Shown here in pieces: positions 1-9,367 of a stretch of 20,000 bases of DNA. The notes under the pieces were generated by a model. The model had not been told where the DNA came from and did no database searches. It saw nothing but the letters and a program-made list of their open reading frames with translations. Origin of the DNA: Atractiella rhizophila (Eukaryota); NCBI GenBank assembly GCA_021432655.1, contig MU271229.1, positions 69,533 through 89,532 on the forward strand. The letters are read 5' to 3'. The translations under genes were made by a program, and so were the position numbers. How positions within the stretch are numbered: the first letter of the stretch is position 1; each line of letters starts with the position of its first letter.

Positions 1-527
1 AGGAGAGGAGGTCAGAAGGGAAGGAAGAAAGGGAGGCGACGGACCAAGAGCTTGCACGGTGCACACGGCTCCTCGCTCAACATAGCCCAACTTGACCCAA
101 CGGAACATGGGGATGAAGCCTACACATTGTACCAAGTCGGCGACGAGTAGGTTGACGAAAAGGAATCCGAATCTGCATCGCGTTAACATTCCTCAGCTCG
201 ACTGTTTCCGAGTCGAAAACGAAAAAGACCGACTGTGTTTTGAGGAACCGGACCTGTGTCTCCCTTTCCTGTGGTGGTGCCATTCCTGGCCCTTTCCGAC
301 GCGGAGGAGCGCGTTTGAAGGAGATGAGGAGGAAGGCCATGTATGAGAGGAGGCCGAGGATGGTGACAGCCGAGAGGATGGATGCTATGCCTACGGCCTT
401 TGGCACGATGATTGTCAGCAGCTGAAGAGGTGAATGAGGGAAAACGCACAATGATGCCTCCCTCCTCCCGAACTTTGCCCTGATAGGTGCTGTCGAGGTC
501 GATCCCTGGCGGACTAGAATAACTCAT
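1..527 (-). CDS. 5' part of a fungal GPCR (Git3/Gpr1 glucose-receptor or cAMP-receptor-like); continues off the left edge
   Basis: Exons 527-450, 397-234 and 172-45 (introns GTGCGT..AAG 449-398, GTCGGT..CAG 233-173, next donor GTCCGT at 44). They splice to MSYSSPPGIDLDSTYQGKVREEGGII-AVGIASILSAVTILGLLSYMAFLLISFK...RFLKTQ-FGFLFVNLLVADLVQCVGFIPMFRWVKLGYVERGAVCTVQAL. This has TM1, a TM2 'NLLxADLxQ.xGF' motif, a Trp in extracellular loop 1 and 'CTxQ' at the start of TM3, as in Git3/CAR-like receptors. Confidence 0.8.
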
Positions 528-594
528 CTCTTGCGTCCAACGATAAATACTCTGCTAAATCCTTGCTGAAACCCACTGCTCGTTCCCGTGCGTA

Positions 595-658
595 TGAATA
601 TTCTGAAAACCGAATAGTATTGAATGCTATGCTGAATATTGAATACGCCTGAATACGC
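595..658. promoter_or_regulatory. Cluster of six GAAT(A/G) motifs upstream of the GPCR start
   Basis: GAAT starts at 596, 612, 622, 634, 641 and 651, including the direct repeat TGAATACGC at 640-648 and 650-658; about 70-130 bp upstream of the ATG at 527. Regulatory role is inferred. Confidence 0.35.
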
Positions 659-2181
659 TAACTATCCTAGAAGACGCGTCCCGAGAAAGAAACTTGTAAT
701 TCGCGGCGCGACAAGGATAAGGAGGAGTACCAGATGGGTAGGCGCGGTGATGGAGTGACAGAGCGAATTAGTGACAGTGACAGCAGTTGGACGGGAGAAG
801 AGCGAGGCAGGTGGAAGACCCAAGCCATTATTTAAGCAGTCGGCGTGATGAAATGATTTTTGCGCTGAGATAGCTGCCGAGCCTGTGGCTCAGTCCTGCT
901 CACACCAGAATTCGAGACGATTGGAACACTTTTAGCATTTTACCGATGAATCTCAGCTGGTTCAAGGTCTTTTGGAAGGGAACGTGAGCGAAGAATTGAT
1001 TCGGTTGGGAGGGGTACTGCAGATGTCCTTCATCTCACGTTCCTTCAAACTATCTCTGCTTAATTCTCGTTCATTGTGCTTCAACTCAGCGATGCGAGAT
1101 GGGACCAATTCATGGACTTACATCGGAGCCAGGCGCAACACATTCCCCCACTTTGAGTCACCTTCGTACGCTGCGACATTCAAAAGTCCTTGCACCACCT
1201 TCTTCTGGTGCCACTTCGTGCTGCCGATCTCTGCCACCCCTTTCAAGTTCGCTTGCCCTTTCATTTGTCTCCAACGGCAAGTCCATCTTTTAGCTTTAGC
1301 AAGCTTCAGGAAGTTACTTATGAAGGACTCTGGATTACAGGTCGTTCCGACATCGAGGCGCGAGTCAAACAGCCGCGGAGGGTTTCGTCCGAGCTCAGCA
1401 ACGTGGCAAAGGGCCGCCTTGTTCTTTGGGATCCGAAATAAAGGTAACCGATCGACATTAGGTGCACGTGAGAACGCATTGTTGTCGTTGTGGTGGATGG
1501 GAAAAGTAAGCCTGTGCATTATCTGTTGCTGTATCGCTGATCACGCGCGAGTCTTGTTTTGTGGAGCATCGCGCACATGTCATAGATGTCAACGAGTCTT
1601 CCACGCCGATTCACACATCAATCGCCATCGCCATCAGCAATCAGCAGAGGAAGCAGTGTCGGATACAATTGGAGCAACGTCCCGCTTTGCTTCACGTCCA
1701 CCTGCCACGAGAGTTGCAAAGCCTGTTCGAAGGTTGACGTACTTGATCAATTCCTCCGCTTCGGCCACATCTCATCCAGTCCTGGGTCACCAGGTGGTGG
1801 CTCAGTTCCAATTGTGCCTTCTTCTTTCACCCATAAGCATGCCATCCCGCACACAGTTAGATCTTCATCCATCACGTCGGGAAGGGAGAGTGCGGGACCT
1901 TTCTTCTCCGGCTTATGGCAGTCCCGACAAAAGCGCTATAAGCGAGGCTGCTCCTTGGAACAATCCCAGTATGACTGAATGACAATACACATCTCGAAAG
2001 GCTCAATTTGCGCCTCGCGACAACTCCAACAGGGACGGCCATCCGACCTCGACGGAACTCCAGATTGACTGAATGAATTCAGTCATTGTTGTCTCCCGAC
2101 TGATCCCGCCCCTCGCCTTCCGATTGAAGGAGGTGGACGGATGTTGCACGGTTCAAGTTGGGCGTTTGCAATTCGATTGTG

Positions 2182-2211
2182 GTTCTAGAAGGCAATAGAA
2201 GGCAATAGAAA
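2182..2211. repeat. 10-bp tandem repeat (TAGAAGGCAA x2.5) with heat-shock-element geometry
   Basis: GTTCT AGAAG GCAAT AGAAG GCAAT AGAAA read directly from the sequence. Confidence 0.6.
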
Positions 2212-2514
2212 CAGGCGATTTAACCGCTTCAGTTAGTGTTGGAAAGGCACGATGGAACGACGGGAAGATTAAGGGCACTAATAACACTTAGCCTCTGGAC
2301 GATGACGGCGAGATGCTGCATCGACTGGAAAAGTGGAGGTAAGATCCTCGTCGTTCATCAAGACCTGAAAGAGTCTTTATTGTCTCTCTATTACCAATCA
2401 GAGATGGTCGGGAAGTAAACTCCCTAGAGTGTATTGGGAGCAAATTACAAGAAGCTATTTACAAGTAAAGACGAAGGGAGGCAGGCGTGTATCGATCGTG
2501 TAGCGAGGTACAGA

Positions 2515-5500
2515 CTAATTGATATCAGAAGGCAGTAAATTGTTAGCTTTCAAAATGGCTTCCCATCCTCGGCGAATCCGTAGCTCTTGCCTTAATTTTC
2601 TGCGCGCAGTCTAGTCAGGAAGAATCTGAGAAGAGAGCAGGGGAGGATGGACGTACTGATTGTCCAGTTCTAGTGCGTTCCGAGTCGAGGTCACCTGTTG
2701 AAGATCTTCGAGCAGTCTGCTTCTCCCATCCTCGGGCGGGAGATCGATGTCTTGAGCGAGCGTCTCTAGTTCCTCATTAAACGTCTAATTATGGACCAGC
2801 GTTCTAGTTAGCAAAGTCCAGGTAAGGACAAAACACGGACATCTATCATAGCTTGGTTCTCAGCCTGGAGCTCCTGATTCTCCTCTTGGAGATGTCGATA
2901 CATGCCGCTGAGCGTTCCCAATTGCCCTGTAAGCTGCTTCGAATGCTCTGTCACTCGTTCAACTTCCCTCGCATACTGCAATGAAGCAAAATGGTCAGCC
3001 CAACTCCTTCAGCAGCGGACATGGGAGATGCAAACCTCATCCTTCTCTGCACGAAGGGACTCTACAGTCCGTTGAAGCTCCAAGCACCTCTCTTCTGCTT
3101 TTTCATACCGCCTCTGCCATTCGCCTCCATCCTCCTCCCGCAATCGCGACAGGACTGGCGGACTTCGTATTCGCTCAATGGGCTCGAATTTGTTCTGCAT
3201 GCAACATCAGATATGCACCAGCAACGTAGTCAAAATGCCTACAATCATGTTAAGCGTTGATGGTGACCGTGTCAAGCCTGTACTGGCTGTCCTTGGAGAG
3301 GTTTGTTCTTCTGCAATCTTCCTCATCAGACTCGAACGAAGGGCATCCACCCTTCCTTTTCCAGTGGGTATCGGAGGCTACACTCATGTTAGCTCGAAAA
3401 TTGGACGACATTTGGACATACCGGACTGCGAGAACTGAGCAGTCGATCTACGGGTTGAGAGTCGACATGCATCGCAGAGGGAAGGAGGGCCTGCCACATT
3501 GCTCTGCATCAGGCGTGGTTAGTCATAAAAAGGTACATACCGGAGGACTTCTCGATCGTTGCAGAGCACCAGCACGATCAACATCCATGCGCTCATCAGC
3601 ACTGCTCCTCCTTTCCCCTTCCGCTTCCAATAAAGGCACAGTCCTCTCTTTCCGAAAGGTGGATCGTCTCAGAGGCGACACCTTCCTCTGCGGCGCGCTA
3701 GGTTCTGTATTACCAGCTCCTAAATCGTCTAATGCAGGTCGTTTAGCAGCGGGTGGAAGAGAGCGAGGGGAAGTTGGGTCGGGAAGTGGACGTTTCGCTA
3801 TCCGCGGTGGAGAAGTGGAGGGGGGAGGAGTGGAAGGACGCAGAGGTTGTTCCTCGACGGTCATTTCGTCAGGCTCGGAAGTGAATGAAGTGGACTCAGG
3901 ACCGTCAGGAGTGGTATCCTCTCCCTCATCTTCTTCATCAGACCCTGGAGGAGGGACAGGTGACGGAGACGGCTCTCGAGGGCCAATGGGCCCCCTTCTC
4001 TCGGGTCGCGAGAGATAGATGGATGTGGGAGGCACGAGTTCGTCAGTTGGAGACATGGGACGACGATCCGTGCACGGTGGAGGTACGCTTGATGGTCGAC
4101 GCCGCTTGCCCTTAGAAGGCTCAGTTACGAGCTCCATCATCGTGTCCTCATCAGAATCAGCAGCAGAAATCGTTTTGTCGGGATCCTCGTTGATGGAGCC
4201 CTCAAGTTGAGGCGTAGACTTCGAGGCAATATGGTTGCTCCAGACCTGCGATAGCTGGCTTTTGGTCGGTGGCAAATGGCGGCGTAACATCGATCCGTCT
4301 TCCATCAGGGACGTGGCTGTCGTAGAACCACTAACACTATTCGATAAGATAGACCGACTCTCAACGCCGGATGTCTTTGTAATCGTAGACTGCGTTCGTT
4401 TGTGACTGCTAGTGATGCTTCCAAACACATCGCGTGAGAGGAGGTTGCGCGAAATGCTGTCGAGACCAAAGGTATTGGAACGGGTGCGGACGGTGGGAGT
4501 GATGGGTTGCTCAGGCGGGGGATGGGTCGGTAGAGCTGGAAAGCGTGGAGGGACATCGTGGAGGCCAAGTTGTTGCACTACAGATACCTAATTCAACAGG
4601 ATTGCAGACAAATGTGGCAGAAGAACCCACAAGTTTGAATCATCATGGGGATGATACCAGAAGTCACCAGCTGATCCTCGCCAGGAGGTCCTTGCATCCC
4701 CCTTAATCGAATCGAGAGCCTGCCGAACGCCCATTAACGACAGCACTGAAATGATCTTGTTGACAGAGAACGTACATCCACTTCCCATTTCTCTCACTGT
4801 GCGCTCTCGCAACCGCGAACGGTCCCATCCCACCCTCCATGCCAAAACCAATCTCATCCGCCTCGTTCCTCGGATCGATTTGAAGGACCATCTTCCCCTT
4901 CCTCGACTCTCCCAAGTATTGTTTCTTCTCATAAACGTTCCAGAAAGCGGTCGTGACACGCTCAGAGCTTAAACTGCTGCCTTCCTTCCCGTTATCTCTC
5001 CCACTCGACTTTCCATGCCCGTGAGAGCGATCTTCGACTTCAAGCATGAGACCGGCGGAACGAGCGTCTTTCGTTTTAAGGAGAGCTTGTGCGCGCCAAA
5101 GGTTGTGCAGGAATCGACGCTTCTCGTACGCTAAGGTTTCTGGGGTATTGGTCGTAGCAGAGAGGAGGTTGGTTGTGGGTATGACGGCGTACTGACGATG
5201 CGGACGGCCGTTCCACCTCTCGGATGAGTCGTAAGGAGGAGGGGAGAAATAGAAAGCCAGCTCTATCCTCCCAACGTCATATCAGCACATATCCATGATA
5301 GCGGAATGAATGATAGAGGGAAACGAACCATCCCCATCCTTATCTACTGCGGTCACATCCGTCAACTCCAACACTCCCTTTAACTTGAGCGCCGCGCTCT
5401 TCTTTCCTCCACCTTCCCTCTTCCTCGGGCTCTCCGGCGCTCCACCTGAAGAATTGAAATCCTCCAATCCAGCCAAAGCGCGACCGGTAAGATTCGAAGT

Positions 5501-7615
5501 CGTGTTCCGTTTGACGATGAGAAGTTTATCGGTGAAGAGGAAGAGGGTGCAATGAAGCACGTTGTTCACCACGTTCCCTCCGGAGTGAGAGGCGGAGAGG
5601 GAGGAACCGTGTGAGTGAGAGTGTGAGGATGTGGAGCCGATGGTGGAGGAGAGGGAGGGGGAGGGGAAGGGGACGGAAGAGGAAGGTAATGGGAGGTCGG
5701 CTAGGTCTATGCAGTCGATGAATGAGCGCGAATTTGAGATGAGGTCCGCCTGTATTGACCGCAATTGTCAGGAATCGCTTCGAACCATTCAATGGTCAAC
5801 AGGGATAGGAGGAAGACGTACCGGACAATCCTCGATATTCCTTTGTAACATGGTCATACAATTCGCTCTGAAAGTTTCCTCGTCCAAATCACAGTTCGCA
5901 ATCTTGGTGGCGATTTCAATCGCGTCCTCCAGCTCTCTCCTTCTAGAATCATGCGGATCGAGGTGTTTAAGCATCTCTAATCACCCAACCAAAGGGCACA
6001 TCGGCACTTACTTCAGCGGCTTGAGAAGGAAAGAGACATACCGTCCATCAGCAATCTATATCTAGGAATCCTCTGAATGGGCTCCATCAACAGTTCTCGC
6101 AATCCCACATTCCCAATACCTCCCGCTCCATTCCCCGACGTCTGCATCTTCGTCTTCTCACAAAACCTACTGAATCCGCTCCTCCACTGGGACGTCGTTG
6201 CCATGAGGGAGTTCTCTATGCCTTTCGCTTGTGGATAGGAGGACAGATAAGACGTGTAGGGGACTGAGAACCTCGACATCTGTCATCATTTACATTTTGT
6301 GTTCGATCTTGACTCTCTTCAAGGGTGGAAGAGAAGCTTACCCAATCCTTAATTATCCCGGCCCATTCCACTCCCGCTCCCCGCTCCACCTCTTCTCCAA
6401 CCCTCATTCCTTCCAAAACACCCAGGAACTGCTCATTGAGACCCAACAACGCCTCCACGTTCCCAAACAGGACCCTAGCCTCGAAAGGGGGTATGATCAA
6501 CGAGTTCTTGTCCTTTGCAAAAGTCCGTAGTGGAAGCGCGTAGTTCTGTACCCAAGACAATCAGCTTTTCCATCACATATGAACCGACGCGATAAGAGAA
6601 GAAAACGTACATGCCATAATACCCCCAGTCGCCTTACGTAGCTTCGTTCGGTATCAACCAGCTCTCGAAGTCGAGAGGAGAGGGCTTGTGGGTTGTGTCT
6701 TGCCGTTTTTTGGGGCATAGAGGAGAGGGAGGAAGGAAGGGGATGAGAGGAGAGCGCGCGGGAGAGTCGGCGCAGGGGAGGGAGGGAGGAGCCGAGGTAA
6801 GGGAGAAGAAGCGATGTGGCTGTTCCAAGGTTGAACATGGATGATCAGTACATTGGTTGGGAATTTCAAAGGGGAGAGCGAGGAGTCTCATAGTATTTTG
6901 TACGACTCTACCCTCACTCTAGTACAGGAAAGAAAGACGGACCATCAGGAATTTCCCACCCGCCGTCTCCAACCCTCATTCCCTCGACAACAACATCGCA
7001 GAAGAGCGGTCTGACCTTCTTATACCTCTCTCCATACTTCAAGCTCCCACTCCTCGAGGTGCTGACAGTACCTTGGGTCACAGTCGTGCTCGAGGTTGAC
7101 GCGGTCAACTGTCTCTGTGGGTGAGGTGGATGTGGATGCGGATGTGAATAAGCATGAGGTTGCGGATTGGGATGTCTACGGATAGTTCCTATCCCTGCCG
7201 TTTCGATAGAATCCAACGAGTTATTCGCCTCCTCTTGTACCTTGTCCTTCTTCGCACCCTTCCCAGCTTTAACACCTCTTTCGCTTCCATAACTCGCACC
7301 ATAACTGCCATAACTGCCCACGCTCCCTTCGTAGCTCCCACTGGCCGAATACGCGCTCTTCGGCCGCGGAATCCCACTCCCAATCCCAACCCCAACCACA
7401 CTCCCACTGCCGGCTGTGACTACGGACGCATTTCGTTGGTGAGAGCGATGGGACTGATGGGAGTGCGCGGACGAGGTGGACGGCGTGGAAGAAGCCGAGC
7501 CGGCGGTGGAAGAGGTGCTGCTCGATTTTCCGAACCAGTTACGCGTGGACTCGGCTGATCGCTTCTTCTGGAGCTTGTTGGGTGACGGCGGAGGGGGCGA
7601 GAGGAGGGATGGCAT
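2515..7615 (-). CDS. Rho guanine nucleotide exchange factor (DH + PH-like, Pro/Ser-rich linker, C-terminal coiled coil); about 15 exons; possibly Gef2/Nod1-like
   Basis: DH motifs: LRELVDTERSYVRRL, NYALPLR, LFGNVEALLGLNEQFL, GLRELLMEPIQRIPRYRLLMDEMLKHL, ELEDAIEIATKIA. PH-like strand HCTLFLFTDKLLIVKR. C-terminus ...LQAENQAMID-TFNEELETLAQDI...KLRQELRIRRGWEAILKANNLLPSDIN* (TAG 2517-2515). First in-frame ATG is at 7615. GT-AG introns traced at 6942-6820, 6610-6546, 6341-6280, 6041-5977 and 5821-5750, plus about nine more downstream. Subfamily call is tentative. Confidence 0.92.
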
Positions 7616-7840
7616 TCCTTGTTGTGCTTGCTGTTGTTTGTGTGATGCTAATGAGGACGTGAATGAAGATGCTATGCTGGTGCAATGCGACGTGATGTAT
7701 CGATGTGAGGGAAGCGCGATGGCGATGGTATGGGAAAGGGAAGGGAAGGGAGGAAAGGGCAAGTTGTTTTGATGATCGTCCTCACGCGAATTAGACCCCT
7801 AACCCTATTTACTGCGGATTACTCTCTTTTCTTGTTGTGG

Positions 7841-7886
7841 TCTCAGCCTCAGCTTGGTTGGTGGATCAGATGGACTGAGGCTGAGA
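7841..7886. repeat. Perfect 12-bp inverted repeat upstream of the RhoGEF
   Basis: TCTCAGCCTCAG (7841-7852) and CTGAGGCTGAGA (7875-7886), 22-nt spacer. Confidence 0.75.
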
Positions 7887-9252
7887 GGATGAGAGGATTG
7901 CTGAGGAGCACAAGAGGAATGGGAGTGGATGAGAATGACAATTCGTGAGGTGTGTGCTTCCGCCAGTTAAATTCTGGAATAGAAGCGTCGAGTTCTCTCA
8001 AGCTTGATGGCACTGTCTATCGTGCGAGGTTGACGCAAAGCTATGGACCTCTTACCCTGACACAAACCTGATGCTTAATTACACCCTTCCGGTAATTGTG
8101 TGTTACAGGTGTGAGAGAATGCGGGACTTTCAATGTTTTAGGTTCCGATTGGGTCATTTATATTTTCGTTCTCTCGTGAGCCATTGCTTGCATGTCTCTT
8201 TCTGTCGAAAAACCGATAGAACCACCAGAGTCGTGGACGGCATGTTTAGATTCAATGGATATAAGACAGAAAACGTCTACATGCTGCTCTGCTGAAATTT
8301 TTCCAAAAATTCGCCAAAAACACCAATTGTAGCAGTTGAGAATATTGATTGCCTATTCTGTCATGGAACAACTGGGCGTATGGATATGATCGTTAGGACG
8401 TGGCCTAACCCGTAAGTGACACAAATTAGTAGAGCACGCACTGCATGCAAAAACATTCTATATTCAGTTGCTTGCAATTTTATAATGCATCCCTCGTCCC
8501 CAGCTCCACACGACCGAGCGCGACCGAAATTGTGCGTGGAGATACTTGTAGTCGATGAGCTGTTGGAAGCCCAAGAGTGTGAGGGTACCGGTCTTCGATC
8601 TTCGACCATCGATGTTCGTTCAAGAGCAGCGTTGGGCGCCATTCATCCATTAGATGAAGAAGTGTTATTTCCTCACCAGCAGGACTGGAAAGCGTTCCGC
8701 GTGAGGTTGGACCAAAATAATGTTGCCTCTTGAGCCTGCTGGATAACATAATCAAAGCGGCGGTCCGCACCGTGCGGATGGGCTGAAGATTGTGGATGGC
8801 AGCTGAGGGTGGTGCGATTCTGCGATGGAGCAAGCGTCATTGCTCAGGCATGATTGCGGATGCAAGAGTGCCTTGTCTACAGCCCAGCCCAGATATTTAT
8901 CGTTTATCGTGGTGATGACATCTGGCGCCGGAAGCCATTCCAGACCGGGAATGACACACCCTTCCTTTTTCCGGCGGGTAGTGGTAATGGCGGAAAATAA
9001 AGTTCGCTTTGTTTCTGACGTTACCGACAATGACCAACTCCCTTACCGTCGCGGCGGGAACTTCAAGTTGAATGTCGTCCCCTCCAGCGAGCGTAATTTT
9101 GAGGCGAGGCGAGTTGGACGCTCGGGGGAAACGCTCACTCCCGACGGCCACTTTTAGCGCGTATGCATTGGAGAATTCAAGCTATTCCAGTGTGTAATGA
9201 AGACCTGGCCGTGACGCTTGCGCGACTTTATCCAGATACCGTCCCCGTGGTG

Positions 9253-9259
9253 TATAAAA
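9253..9259 (+). promoter_or_regulatory. Putative TATA box of the ABC transporter gene
   Basis: TATAAAA about 110 bp upstream of the ATG at 9368. Confidence 0.5.
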
Positions 9260-9367
9260 CTGAGCGCGAGGAGAGGAGTGCCCATTCCCAAATCTCTTTG
9301 TTACAACACTTTATTATCCACTTGACGCTTCAACCAATCTAATAGACGTTACGACTGATCTGTCACC

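Noticed and set aside
1578..1634. C2H2 zinc-finger gene call from CHRCQRVFHADSHINRH
   Set aside because: The fourth ligand is not at the expected spacing and there is no supporting gene model; kept only as a remark in the unexplained-block finding.
2003..2086. Minus-strand MTEFIQSIWSSV.. resembling the N-terminus of Pkr1
   Set aside because: Stops after 27 codons and no spliced continuation reproduces the Pkr1 transmembrane pattern.
3257..4018. 253-aa plus-strand ORF, and similar ones at 5631-6065, 7154-7558 and 2981-3438
   Set aside because: Antisense shadows of Pro/Ser-rich RhoGEF exons; no independent motifs.
7616..7762. N-terminal extension of the RhoGEF ORF from 7762
   Set aside because: Starts at a non-ATG codon in a pyrimidine-rich leader; the first in-frame ATG is at 7615.
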